A DNA stretch of 64,000 nt, from NCBI GenBank assembly GCA_030264375.1, contig JASCQW010000109.1, forward strand, positions 11,273,764 to 11,337,763. Direction: 5' to 3'. Below, piece after piece: positions 11,594-25,200 of the stretch. Each line of letters begins with the position of its first letter. The first letter of the stretch is position 1. The notes under the pieces were generated by a model. It searched no databases. It worked only from the letters and a program-made list of their open reading frames with translations, and had not been told where the DNA came from. Made by a program: the position numbers and the translations under genes. Origin of the DNA: Carcharhinus longimanus (Eukaryota).

Positions 11594-14500
11594 GTAAGGT
11601 GATCTTTATTCCTGTGACTGCGAGGATTTTCTTTTTGTTTAAAATTCTAGGAAGCATGCAAAAAAGGATTGACACCCGTTATAATGGTGCCCGCAGGGTT
11701 GAGATTAAGCTACAGGTCGTGAAGATACCGTTGCATAAACTTCCTCGGTCTTCCCCCCCATCCCCTCCCCCTACCCCCACACCTCCCCTTTCTAATCGAA
11801 TTGCTCTCAAACGGTCAAAGTCAAGGAAACTGCTCAGTGACAACAAACAGAACCTGGTGCGTTTTGAGGAAGTTAGACAGAGGTTCTGGGGAAGTTAAAT
11901 ATTGCAAAATGTCCCATGTGTCTAACGCAAAACAAACACAGCATGAGAAAAAGTTTTCTAACCCCACTAGGTAGACTGGGGTGAAAGGGGATGTGGTGAA
12001 TGGTTAACTGGGGACGGGGGGATCTCCAATGAATTAAAATTGAGAGAGAAATCGATAGAGCGCGCAAGAAGGCACCCCCACAATTTCCAATGGGTCTGTG
12101 GCGGGAGTTGCTGTAATTTAAACGTGTCAATATTTCAGTGTGTGGGTGGCAGAAGGGTTTTATTTTCCTATTTTTACAGATCGATCCCCCTAATTGCACT
12201 TTTAATCATCCCACTTTTTTTCCTTATTAATGTGCAATGTGTTTTAAAGCGTGAAGCGGCCGATTCTGTCAACATAACTGTGCAAGTTATTCATTTTAAC
12301 AGAAGGCGCTGCTGATATTTATTTACGTGACTGTTTTGAGTTTTGCCAGGTTAGCTGGCTCTCTGGTCATCGTAAACAACTCTCCTGCAGGACTAAATAC
12401 TCCAGTTTGTTATAAATCACCACTCCGTGCAGCTCTAGGCGAGAAACGACTCTAAATATATATTCACTCAACTTTATATTCACGTCAATCAACAAGCAAC
12501 ATTTTGTCCGTTATTTAGGCAACGCAGATCCCTTTAATTTAAATTCAATTTCCGTGTTTATATACTTATTGGTAGTAAATAATTACACTTTTGTGTGTTC
12601 TCATGGTTTAAGACTCATGGCTGTCATTTTGACCCACCCCACATCCCTCCACCCCTCACACCCCGCCCCCCCCCCAACACCAAAAACTCACCTCCCGCGC
12701 CGGAATACAGTATATTTCCACATGCCCATTTCAGTGTTTTACCCCCTTCTTCAATCTCCTGGAGCCTTTAGTCAATTTCAAAGCGGCTGCAAACGGACAT
12801 CATTTTACACCAAGAATAGGATTCATTTTGGAATGCATAAACATTATGTGTGTGTGAGAGAGAGTGTGAGAGAGTGTGTATGTGTGTGAGTATGCAATCT
12901 TCGTCCTCCCTTCTCTGCCACGTTTGATTTTTAATGTACCCCGCTTCCTGCTCAAGACAAACCATTGCATCAACAGGCACCTCTTGTTTTGAAAATATCT
13001 CCGCAACTCTTTTGATATTCTTTCTGAATGCGATTTCCTGCTATTGAGGGCTGCCAGACCAGGTCAGAGAGAGACAGAGAGACGTATCTGGAATCAGAGG
13101 GAGAGAGATTTTCCCAATTTCAGCTCTAAAATATTGATCCACATTCAAACAAACCCGCATTTTAACAACTTCAAAAATATACATCAGACCTTTGTTAACA
13201 TAATCAATAGGCCATTAATCACAATGTCCAACAGCTACTCCTTGGCGTGCGGTTATCTGTACAATATATACTTTCGGATATAACATTGCGGGAATGCCAA
13301 ATTAACTCGAGTTAACTTTTTTTAATGATGTGGTCACGCCGGTCTCATAGTGGCCTGTTGTTCTAACAATTATTTTCCGTCTGGACTACACGCAGCCTTT
13401 AAAACCAAACACCCTACCCACACACACACACACGCGCACACATACACACAGGGTGCCCTGAGGTTGGGAATATATATTTATATTGTTTGGAGGACACCCC
13501 TTGATGTGGCAGATTGGGATTTGTCCAGAATGAAAGGAACGGAGAATGTTTCCCATTAAATCACTGTGATTTCTGTGAGTCCGTTTTATTTCCAAGAAGG
13601 GTTGAAGACAATGTTGTGTCCCGCGGCTGTGTTTGACCTCTTGAGACTGATTATCTGAATCCATCAAACTTCTGATGTGGCCATATATAATGTTTATTTT
13701 TTTAATTTTAGCCCGGTTTCCAACACACACACACGCACACACCCAGAGACAACATCAATTCTGAAACATCGCAGGGGTTTATACCTCACAACCTACATAA
13801 ATCTAGTCAGAAGGAATATTATTCTAAGTGCCTGATCGCATGCTCTGACGGTATGTGTAATAGAAGAATAATTATCCGCATGCATTAAAAATGAATGAAG
13901 TTTAAAAAATCCCAGATAGCACTCCGATCAAACACATTGCTTTCAAGGGCTCCTTATTCCCACTGCTAGATTTAATACATTTTTTGTTAAATCATTTATT
14001 AATATATTGCTTTTACAACGTATTCATTTTATATAAAAAAACACGAGGAATGCTGATTAGTTCTCTATTTTCCTGATTTTTCTCTCTCGCCTCTGTTGTT
14101 GGTTTCTCTTGTGTGTCTTTACCAGGGAACGAGGTTAAGCTTTCACACAGAAAACAGAGCTAGCGGAAACAACAATAAACACACGCGAGCAGTTGGGGTG
14201 GCATACTGAACGGAGCTCACCATCTGTCGGCGAATATCTCGCCAAATCTGCTGCCCCCATTCCTTCTCAGCTCAGCTTTGTCTCGGGGCCACANNNNNNN
14301 NNNNNNNNNNNNNNNNNNNNNNNNNNNNNNNNNNNNNNNNNNNNNNNNNNNNNNNNNNNNNNNNNNNNNNNNNNNNNNNNNNNNNNNNNNNNNNNNNNNN
14401 NNNNNNNNNNNNNNNNNNNNNNNNNNNNNNNNNNNNNNNNNNNNNNNNNACGTTAAATTGCATTCAGAAAAAAAAAGCAACATTAAACACACCACACGCT

Positions 14501-16139
14501 GTATCCTTTATCTGGGCAGGGAATAGTGAGACATACCTTGTGGAGGGACTTTTTTTTTGCAAATGTGGAAATTAACATGTAATTAGCCAACCGTGTAATG
14601 AGCATTCTATATTGGATTTCCATTTTGGTCCATTATTTATAGTGGTGTAAGTAATATCGAAAATACACGAGGTTGCACAGAGTGCGTCACAGGATAATTG
14701 TGAGTGTATAGACTAGGAATTGTACAGTAATTATCCAGAGTTACAGTCAGTTCGCCTATTGTGTCTAAATTCATAATTTTATAACTATAATAGTTAACAT
14801 GAAATAACAATTTGTGTGGAAGGTATTTACACTGTGTTCCCTCTGAAATCAGACAATTCTCTCTCTTTTGCTACCTTTGTAACTGCCCCCTCCCCCTGCT
14901 TTCGGCAATGCAGCTCTGTGCCCTATTGTGTGCCACCGTTCACCCTTTTGCAACACTTGTTCATGGTGCAACAACCCTATTTGACGTGGCAGTGAGGATG
15001 TTTTTTTTTCCAATATGGAGTTGTTGCACCCTCTTTGTGCAGTGCTCAGCGGGGGAAGGGTGGGGGGGGGAGATGTCCTGATTGGCATCCAAGACAGATG
15101 AGTAAATGTCCATCTCGAATATAATATTGGTCGCGCCTTTGGACCAATCGATAACCATAGCTGCAACCAAAGAGACTACAGCATTGGTGCCAACTTTTAC
15201 AAACTAGCTAGCGCCTACTTTTGTTAACAAAGTACCCCCTGGCCCTGTAAAACCGCCACATCCGAAGTACGCCGATGTGAGCCGAAAAAGCTGACACAGA
15301 AGTAAATGTATACTGTGCAGCATCGTCCTCAGGGCCCGAACTGGGCTCAATTCCCCTCCATTTCACCAAGAAAATGTTGGCAAGTGTTTCTCAGTTTGAA
15401 CTAACAAAACACATCGTCTCCTGCCAGCTTGGAAATCTAGATGTATGTGCAAAAAAAAATCAGTTATTCAAACTTTTAAGAAATAAAATACTTGGACGAT
15501 TGATATTGATGTAGTGTGCGTGTGTGAGGAGAACATGTTGAGACCTAAGGAAGTTCCAGAGTTAAATGTCTCCTGATGATTTCATTTTTAAAATTCTCAG
15601 CATACTTTAATGATTCTGAGTGAAATTCAGAAGGCAGATCTGTAGGTATGAACTGAGATTATTAGTAAACACTGAGTCAACAAACGTTAATACAGACCTT
15701 TAACACGTAAAAATATCCCCGGGGAACGAGAGCAGTGAAAGGTAAAATACAGACTAACAAAGTGATTCATTTTATTCTGTTAATGGGGATGGACATTTGG
15801 ATATGATATTCTTATAAATTGCATTTTTTCTAGCAATGCTGTTACACTTTAACAGATTTGTACCAGTGTAAAATACTGTAATATTTGCTCAGATGTCAAC
15901 GATTTGATTTGGAAATAGTTGTACCTCGACATCAATGACTTGAACGTCTTGGTGATATTTAAGTTCCACATTATATATAAAAGAGTTGTGTTATTGAACA
16001 GGGGAGCTGGATAATCAGACAACCTGAGTTCAACTCCTGCCAAGGCAGACTCAGGACTTGAATTTAGTTGCCTAAAGAAAAAAACAACCTGTTCAATTAC
16101 TTCGCCCCCCCCCCCCCCCACGAATATCTTTCAGAGACG

Positions 16140-16320
16140 AAAACATGCTGTCCTTATTCAGTCTGGCTGACATGGGACTCCAGGCCCTCAGCAACCTGAC
16201 TGATTCTTAACTGCTCTCTGAAGCAGACTATCAAGACACTCAAACTGGTTGGGCAATTAGTGCAGAGAGATAAATGCCAAGTTTAGCAGATGATGTTCAC
16301 GTTCTGACATTGAATTACCA
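16140..16320 (+). mobile_element. Decayed 3' half of family-2 SINE
   Basis: tccttattcagtctggctgacatgggactccagg...cttaactgctctctgaa...gggcaattag resembles 34905-35050 and 57885-58060. Confidence 0.6.
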
Positions 16321-16377
16321 AGACGGCAACAAATAATCTGCAGGGAAAATGAGCGGGGAGGTGAATCAGCCCTTTAG

Positions 16378-16479
<102 letters not shown>

Positions 16480-18214
16480 TAAGAAAGTTGAGAGCAGTCC
16501 TAACCCTTTCAGATGGATTTTCTTAATGCATTAATGATTCATTTCATTTTGACCAGTCAGTTAAACCACGCCTGCTTGTTTAAATAGCAATATAGCTTTG
16601 AGCATTGTTTCTACCACCACCCCCCTCCCCCCACATATAAACTTAACTATAATCTCAGCCGAATGTTTTTCTACTGTGTTCGTTAAGCTTGAAATGTTAC
16701 CAACTCTGGACAAACCTTGAGATAAGCCAAAGTCGTTTCTTATAGCAAAGATTTCCAGAAGTAGGGTTGCAGCATTTGAAATCAGCTTCAAAACCATTTG
16801 TGATCTTATTTTTTCGAAATTGGTATGCGTTAATTTCACCGTGGTTTGTGTCATTGATATGTATTGTATTGTACAGAAGCATGCAATTTCATTGTCCCAC
16901 TTCATGGAAGATCATTGTCACGAATGTTGCTGTTTGGATATGGCAAGAAATTTGGACAAAACAAGAATCGCCACTCTTTATCTCTATCGTCTCCCACCTT
17001 ACTTACTCTCTTCCCTTCTGCCCGTGATGTAGATTCCTGGATTCCCCGAAATTTCCTGTCTCTCAAAGCATGTGTGAAGGTGGGGGGGGGGAATATTTAA
17101 ATAAATATATTGCACCCAGGAGCTGAGCTGGGTGTGATTTTAAACTCCTCTAATGTCCTTGCACTTACACTTTCGAACAGGAACCACTAAACATTGATCA
17201 GGACCAGGAAACCTGGCTGCTATTTTCCCTCCTTAACCTTAGGGGCACTGAGGCCAATTTCCCCTGCCGCCCCAGCTAACTGGGAACAGACCAGGGGTTG
17301 GAGTTGGGACCTTCTGGTCTTGATTTCACTGTTCGACTTGGAAGATTTGCGAGATTTGACAAATTATTCCAACTGTCTAATGACATTTATCTCATTATAA
17401 CAAATTCAGGGATTTAAAAAAACCCTCCCATTATAATAAATGTTTCCCAAGCTCCCAGCTGGACTGCATTAAAGCTTGCGGTCTCCAAGCCCCGTTAAGA
17501 CAAACTTTGCAGCAAAGAGCAAGTGATTTATTTCAGAACGCTTCCAAAGCATCATTCGTCCCAAGCTTTCGGCTGCCTAACAGCAACTGCACAGCTGTAA
17601 TTATTTTAGCAGTCACAGGAAGTGGACAATGCCGTCAAAAAAATTCCCATATGTGGTTCCAACACAGACGTAAGTGTCGGAAAACCGCAGCAGTCTGTTT
17701 TGAGGGAATATGGTTCCAGAAAGCAACTCAGAATCTCAGTAACATGACCTCCCTCTCCCTCCCCTTCCACCCACCCCTGTTCATTTCGTAGGAAGAGCTA
17801 TTAAGAGTCTGTAATGGCAAGGTTTGGGTATAGAGGCTGAAAACAGCTGGCGGCACTAACTAAAAATGATCTTGATATAGTCACAACACAGCAAGGAGCT
17901 TGTCCTAGAAATTGTCCTTGATCCAAGTTCCAAACTGTGTCATTCAAAGGAAGAGAAAACTCGGTGCACTTTGATAGTGCTGCGTGAAAATGTATTGAAG
18001 TCATTCCCACAGTGGCTTTGGAAGTGCGGCAGCTAATGTAACTTCATTTAATTTGGGAAGGACCCACCCCTTTATCGCAGTGGCTGGAGGTAGCACACTG
18101 TGTAACCTTCGGGAAGATCTTCATTTCAAATGGCTGGTCCAGACGGAGTTAGCGGACCGCGCCCCCCCGCCCCCGCCTCTCCCTCTCCCCCCCCCCGCCA
18201 CCGCTACCACACAC

Positions 18215-18470
18215 ATACTCCTGGGCAGCATTAGATGCTGCTGTAATTAACTGGCATCAAGTTAGACCGGACAAGGCTCCCCACTCCCGATTGCAGTTAA
18301 GTAACCAATCCTCTTCGCTGGGATTGTGTGTGAACATGGGTATCGGGTGAAGACTGATTCAGCCTTGATTGCAGCTATATAGTCAGTGCCAGGTAGTGGA
18401 AGGCTTGCCAGCGATTGTCAAGTTGAACCTCACAGTCCTGCAACTTCAGGAGAGGAGGAGTAAAAATCAC
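18215..18470 (+). mobile_element. Old SINE, AmnSINE2-like
   Basis: ctcccgattgc...gctgg...gtgtgtgaacatgggtatcgggtgaagac...cttcaggagaggaggagtaaaa, shared with other copies in the window. Confidence 0.5.
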
Positions 18471-19489
18471 AAGCCTCTTAACATCCGGTGAATTCATTTC
18501 ATTTGGACACTAGTTTTAAGTGCTATAGTGTGTACGTGCAAGTGGACTTTATGCCTAACAATTGTTTTATAGTTACCTGCTTCCATAACACAAGTAGTAA
18601 AATTGTAATTTAAATCATTATATTTGACAGGCACAGAGTAACCTTACTGACCCATTTGTTAAAGTCACTAATGGGTCCTTATGAATAATAAATACTCGAA
18701 TGGACCCATAATACTGCTTCCTGGTAACCAAACAGGGAATGTCTCTTAACTTGTAGCATTTTAGTTGCATATTGCTGCATTATAGACTCAGGCCTTAGAT
18801 TAACAAGTGCATAAATGGGGCGACAGCACATTTGCTGCTTCTGGGAACCATTTCACTGGGGTGCTCTGTATACCTTTAAGCTGCTTTTAGTGAGGTCGAA
18901 AAGACCCATTACTGCAATGGTCCTCCATGTTCACTTGTCTGAGTTCCACTGTGTCTATATTCATATAGGAAATCGAGGAAAGTTGAGGAAAATGAAAAGA
19001 AAAGGCCAAATTGAATGTCAGGCAGTCCTGATTTCAGGAGCAGTTATTAATAAATGTTTTTTAAAAATCAATTCTGTAGCTTTTAAAAGTAGGAGCTTAG
19101 TGACAATTGTTCGTAATATTGAGGAATATTCAGTGACTAGCATCAGATGTAATTATCCAATCAAGCATCCAAATCTATAAAGCAATACTTTTGCTACTTG
19201 TTTTGGTGTCTAGTTCTGGCTCCAGAAATTAAGCTATTGTCTGTCAATTTGAAAAGTTCTCTTCTTCCCCAATGTTTGTTAATAGTCAACAATCTAATGC
19301 CACCTAATTGTTCTTTATACCGTTTTGGGGTGAATCAATTAGTTGTTCTTTATATTGTGCGACAATAGTGCTAACCTGATAAATGGGTAAATTGTTCCAT
19401 TAAATAAGTTAAACACTTGAAATTACCTATAATCATGGAAAAAATGCTAATTGTGAGACCAGCTGCAATAAACGTATATTTGTAGAGAA

Positions 19490-19830
19490 GGAAAGAACTT
19501 TATATAATGTTGTCATATTCTCAGGACAGTTCTTTATGATGAACAAATTACTTCTAAAGTGAAATAACTTGTTACTTAGACAGATGGGGAATCAAGCAAA
19601 GTAAAGCCATACAAACATTAGTGAGATGAATCTCCAGTTAGTATGAATATGGTAGTGTTGTTTGCAGGTATATTGTTAGCCTGGACACTGTGAAAGTCAT
19701 TGCTGCTCAAGCAGTGCAATGGGATTGTTTGCACCCACTTGAACAGATAGATGGTAGACTTGATTCAATAGTCTACCCAAAAACTAGCATTTCCTCAGCA
19801 CTGCACTGAAGAATCGGTTTGGATATGAAA
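19490..19830 (-). mobile_element. Decayed Deu-SINE (SacSINE1-like)
   Basis: gcatttcctcagcactgcactgaa and gcaatgggattgtttgcacccacttgaacagatag parallel 47230-47610. Confidence 0.5.
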
Positions 19831-20409
19831 AACACCTAATGGTTCATTTTAGAGTTGAAATGGGTGACAGTAATAGTTTGGGGAGCGAGAAGCATTTAAC
19901 AAGATTTAGATTTGAAGGCGGTTTAAAATACAGGAAGTGGAATAGTGGAATGGGTGGGCTGGGGTGGAGAAACTTCAGAAAGCAGAACTGTTACGATAGA
20001 GGCTTTTGCACCAACAGTGAGGTGGGAAGGAAATTTGGGACTTGGATATGGGGNNNNNNNNNNNNNNNNNNNNNNNNNNNNNNNNNNNNNNNCACCATCA
20101 CAGCGTTGGGGATGAATAATGCTGTGGAGAGATTTCACACAACATTCTCTGCCCAGTATTTTAACATCGGAGTTAACCCATTTAAAAATAAATAGGTCAA
20201 TGCCTCAGTTAGAATAGCAGGCAGTGGAATATCATATTGCAACTATAGTTTCTGGGTTTCAAAGCATTTAGTACATTATAGCTATCTTTTTTTGAATGAA
20301 ATCTCTTATTTTAATTGAATACAAGATATAAAATAAATAAATAAATGGGAAATAAGTCCATAAAGTGTTGAATGAATGCTATGCCAGTCATGGTGCTGAG
20401 CCATGATAT

Positions 20410-20745
20410 CAAACAACCCTCCTTGTGCATGCTAAATTAGTTAGTCCAAGGTAGGGTAAAAGCTGAGTGTGCTTCTGTCAGCCTCAATATCTTTGGACTA
20501 AGCGGGCCACAAAATATTTAGATCTTAGTGCCCATTGACCCCCGATGGAATCACATGTACAAATGGATGACTATGGCTCGCGCGCGCGCGCGTGTGTGTG
20601 TGTATTGACAGCCTATGTGGATGTGTTTGTGTGTAGGTGGCGTTTATTGAGTGCCTGGATGCTGGGTGTCTTGGAAGTGTGTGTGCATGTGTACAATGAC
20701 TGAGGACAGATTGAACTCAACTATGATGGTCCCAACAACTCTGGA
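20410..20745 (+). mobile_element. AmnSINE2-like copy with internal (CG)7(TG)5 expansion
   Basis: tgctaaattagttag...gcctcaatatctttggactaag...gaggacagattgaactcaactatgatg. Confidence 0.45.
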
Positions 20746-20759
20746 GCTTACCTGATGCT

Positions 20760-20920
20760 CATTAGCTGCTGGAATGCCTGGTCTGAAAGGATGGTGGAAG
20801 CAGAATCAGTCATAACTCTCAAAAGGGTACTGGATATATACTTGGAAAAGGAATGGATTTAGCCCTATGGGGCCAAAGCATAGATATAATTGGCCAAATG
20901 GTCTCTAACTGAGGTTGTAT
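20760..20920 (+). mobile_element. CR1 LINE 3' terminal fragment
   Basis: ctggaatgcctggtctgaaaggatggtggaagcag...tggatatatacttggaaa...ggccaaatggtctc, typical CR1 C-terminus and 3' UTR. Confidence 0.65.
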
Positions 20921-22134
20921 GCGCATTGGCATCTATAAGTTCACAATAAAGTGGAAGTGTGAATCTGCCACTGTGAGACATTGAGCAGATTTAGCAGCAC
21001 AAATGCCTAGTTGGTCTAATAGCTCACGTATAGATTTTCCTAAGGAGATTTGGTGTCAATGGAATCAAATTTTGGTAACAGTTTACAGGAGAGAAAGGGA
21101 GTAAAGTGGGGAACATAATGAACATGTGTTGCTGCTGCTAGTATTTAGATTTGCAATTGTTCAACATATAGGCACCCCTACCGCTTCTCAAAGGATAGGT
21201 TTTGTGACAACTGGAACATCCTTCGCAGCTCAAGAGGGTCCGCTCAATATTACTGGAAGGAATATTTACAGGAAATAGTTGGAATTAATAATAATATATC
21301 CTAAGAACTAAATATCGAGTTAAAGACAAGGGTAGTTTTATCTTAAAATGACAACTTTGTGCTTAATATTTCTTAAAGTGGGACCGAAATTATTCGAGGC
21401 GTTGCACTGCTTTTGTGTAAAGGCTGATCTCAGGGAATAGGTGATAAGATAATTTGCTGCATGTTCAGGGCAGAATGGTAAACGGTGTACTCTCGCTGTG
21501 ACTTTTTTTTGTTCATCACGAAGCATCCTTCTTAATCTGGACTGAACTCCGGCTAGATTTAAGCTTCTTTATTTCGTGGCCCAAAACGTCAAACTTCAGG
21601 GTGACTTTATTTTAAAAAAATAAACTCGATAAATTTATTTGTTTTGCACTAAACATCGTACGATAGATAGATCTTTTATGAACTGTAGCTTTCATTTGTG
21701 AGCATGGTTGTGCAAGGGCTGATCGTGCCAGCCAGTGTGCTGTTTTGGAGATACTTGTGCCAGAGTCTGTCTGCCTCTGCAACAGGGGCTATCTGTCTAT
21801 CCTCTGTGGATGTTATGTCCTCGATTTTGAAACATAAACTCTGTGAGAACAGAGTCTACATTTTCAGAAACTGAATTCTTGTGGGACATTGCGCCAGTCG
21901 GATTCTTTTGTGCAGTTCGTTGTTAAGTGACAAATGATGCAGCAATACCGAAAATGTTTTTTTTGTTAAGGTGCTCCGCTGGAACAGAAACCTTGTTTTT
22001 ACAAATCCAGGGAACACCACGCAGTGCTGACACTTATTGATAATTTTCTCCTGTTGATCCGAAGCTTTTGACTCCTGGCTGAAGTGTGATTCTATATATG
22101 TTAACAGACAGTCCTCTGGCATTTCTCTCAAGTG

Positions 22135-22400
22135 GGCATTCTTCAGGCTAGGCGTTGTGAGTGTCGAGAGGATATTTGATTGGGGGGAGTTGGGGGGGGG
22201 GGGGGTGGGTAGCAGGGGTGGCGAATCATTACTGCGGAACCTGATCCTATCTCCTCACATTGTCTACTCACCTATGCAGTCTCCAGTAGAGGTTGCTAGT
22301 GAGTGACCAGGACAAGATTTCTGACATAATACCTTTAATGCAGTGGTATTAAGACTGAACACAATAAGCCGACTAGGTAACGTGGACCCTTCCTGGTCTG
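22135..22400 (-). mobile_element. AmnSINE2-like copy
   Basis: caagtgggcattcttca...gtgagtgtcg...cctgatcctatctcctcac...ccagtagaggttgctagt is the reverse complement of the family core. Confidence 0.5.
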
Positions 22401-23739
22401 AGTGGGGGCGGGGGGGGGGGGGGTTGCTGCTGCCCTTAATTTGTTTATCCCGTGGCCAAGCGCGCTAACATTTCTACCGCTTGTACTCTCATCCCTTTAC
22501 TTTGTGGGAACCTTGCCCCGAAACGATAATTTGTCTTCCACACAATGAATAGCTGAGCTCATATTTGACAATTGTCCCCCTTGTTTATATGTTTGTGTGT
22601 TGTGGATTTGCAGTGCTCCGTAGGTGAGGGGTCAGGTCAGCTTTGGGGTAGCTACCTAAAATTCCCACCACCGTATGGTCCAGATTATAGGAAATAGAAG
22701 AACCACGCGGATAATATATTTCAGTGTGTGGAGGGCGAAAGACAGGGAGGGGGGGAGGGCGGGGGCTGGGGTTTGAAAAAAAGGCACGTTGTGAAAGGTC
22801 AGCCAGCTGATGAGGGAGATTACAGGTTTCATTGTTGGCTATTGAAGCAGGGTTTTATTGGGGCGCTGTTTGTTTATTACTTGACGTGACCCGCCTGATA
22901 TGGGAGCTGTCACCCATTGTGTCACTAATACTACTCTGAATTGCAAATCCCCCACACCATTTTGAGCAGGGGCTGCAGACATCCCCCGCCCGCCCGCTTT
23001 ACCCTCTCCTTGCCCACCACACTGCAAAACCCGTTTTTCTTAACTCTGCATTATTTTTAGTTGCAACTTCGGATATGCTGAATTTGCACCGGGTACAAAT
23101 GTGCCCTCCGTTAGAAGCATAAAATGAGAGCCTGTTTGCCATTAATCAGCTCAGCTAATTGCTATGCGCTCCCATTACCCAGATGGTGTGAAACCAGCTT
23201 GTCTTTTTGGGTAACAAAAAAAAATCCACAGTTTCAGTCAAGGTCTGTTTTCTTAACTTTTTACTCCCTTTTAAAATAATGTGAGTTCACGGCACTAATA
23301 TATTAAGGGTGAATATTATTTGTAATGAATCATTTTGGGGAGTGACCAGTAACGTTAGCAGAACCACTTCAACCTGGGCCAGTACACATTCGGTGATCAG
23401 AGTGCATGCACAATGATTTTTAATTCTCCGCACAGTTGTACCGAGAACTCGTTTTTATCGCCCCCCTCCCCCAAATTGAGAGGATTTCTTATTTCAGGTC
23501 TCTTGCTCACGTTGATCTGGCTTCTTATTCTTCCGCTGTTTTTTAAACGGGTCCAGCGATATTAGCTTTAAAGACAATCAGAGTAAAACGATTGTTAGAT
23601 TTATAAGCCAGATAAAACTCTTGTAAATTTCTGCAAAGCAGTCTAGCAGCGGGACCCGGGCGCAGGATACCATCTTTTATTTAAAAATAGAAACAAGACG
23701 CGCACACAAAAAAAAATCACAGATGTCCCACATTCGAAA

Positions 23740-24130
23740 GCAGCCTGAGTTGGATTAGTTGATCTCAGCTGGGGTTGCTGTTGAAGTGCTCCAACTCTCC
23801 TCAGTGTGGCCCCCTGGGCTATGGAGGAGAATAAATCAGTTCTGGTCCCTGCTGCTGATCCTTATCCATTCACCCTTGGTGCATAGATGTGGATGTGGCG
23901 GGGAACACTGCACACAGAGACGGCCCTTTTCAGCCTAAAATGTTGATGTTCCATCGAACCTCCTCCCGTCTTGCTTCATCCACTGGGCGAGGACAATGTA
24001 TGTACGGATTGTGAAGACTCTCCATTCATGCCCAGGTAGCGTGCTGACAATTGACTCGGCTGCCTAATGAATTAGGGCCATTCGGCTGAGGTATTGGTGC
24101 CCCTGGAATCAGATCCCAACATGAGATATT
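23740..24130 (+). mobile_element. AmnSINE2-like copy
   Basis: ttagttgatctcagctgggg...cctcagtgtggccccctgggctatggaggagaataaatcag...ctgctgatccttatccattcacccttg. Confidence 0.55.
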
Positions 24131-24189
24131 GTGACAGGTTGCGGGGGTGGAGGGGGACGGGTAGCGGGAGCTGGACAGATGGTAGCTGG

Positions 24190-24450
24190 CAACAACCACT
24201 TGCATTTATATAGCACCTTTAACGTCCTAAGACTTTCCAGGGCACTGCACAGAAAAGTTATCAAATACACTTTGACAATACGCCACATAGGAAGGTATTA
24301 GGGCAGCTAACTAAAAGCTTTGTTAAAGAGGTAGATTGTTAGGTTTGCCTTACAAGAGGGAAGATAATAGTGCAGAGTGGGTTTTGAAGGGAACTGCAAA
24401 GCTTAGGGATGGGGCACCTGAAGGCACGTTGGGGTGAAGGAAATGGGAAG
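24190..24450 (-). mobile_element. L2-type LINE 3' end
   Basis: cacttgcatttatatagcacctttaacg...aaaagctttgttaaagaggtag...cacctgaaggcacg; same element at 42100 and 48700, and at 57380 on +. Confidence 0.7.
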
Positions 24451-25014
24451 TGACTGTATTTTACCGATTAACACTTTCCTGTAAAAGGTTAACCACAAAG
24501 GGTTAAATACCTTGCACACTGAATTGCACCAATAGATTGACTGACACTTGTGTGTAATTCTCAATTAGTACCAGTAGCATAGAGGGGTGTGGTGCACCAG
24601 AGGTTTTGTGCATGGCATTGTCAGAGAAGCCAAAAATATAGCTATTTACTAATATGACCTGAAAGTTCACTTCCCGCTCATTCTATACATAATGCTGTAG
24701 CAATAACTACAGCAGTCACATTGTATATAATGTAAAATGTAATTGTGTGTAACTTGGGCCAGAAACCTGGTTAAAAGCCACACTATAGGGCACTGATACT
24801 TCTTCTTAACCAAATGAAACTAAGTTAAGGTGCAAGACTTTATTTTCAAAAGCTGTTAGAGTGCAGTTTCTCTGATACAATCTTCAAGTGGCCATCCTTC
24901 ATTTCGGCATCTGCTCTGTGAGCGGCAGCATGTTTTATGCCTTGTACAGACAAGATGTGGCAAATGGACTTGATCTTATCCTTAGGCCCCCAGATAGTGA
25001 TTGGCAGCACAAGC

Positions 25015-25200
25015 TGAGGTGTTGGTGTAGTGGTATTGTCTGTCACTGGGCTAGTAATCATAACCTGCTGCTGTGAGACTTCTTACTGGGCTAGTAATCC
25101 AGAGATCCAGGGTAAAGCTCTCGGGACCTGGGTTTGAAGCCCACTGTAGCAGAAATTCGAATTCGATAAATATCTGGACTTAAAAGTCATGAAACCATGG
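25015..25200 (+). mobile_element. Family-2 SINE 5' half with a duplicated head segment
   Basis: cactgggctagtaatc occurs twice, then ccagagatccagggtaaagctctcgggacctgggtttgaagcccac (B-box-like). Confidence 0.7.
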
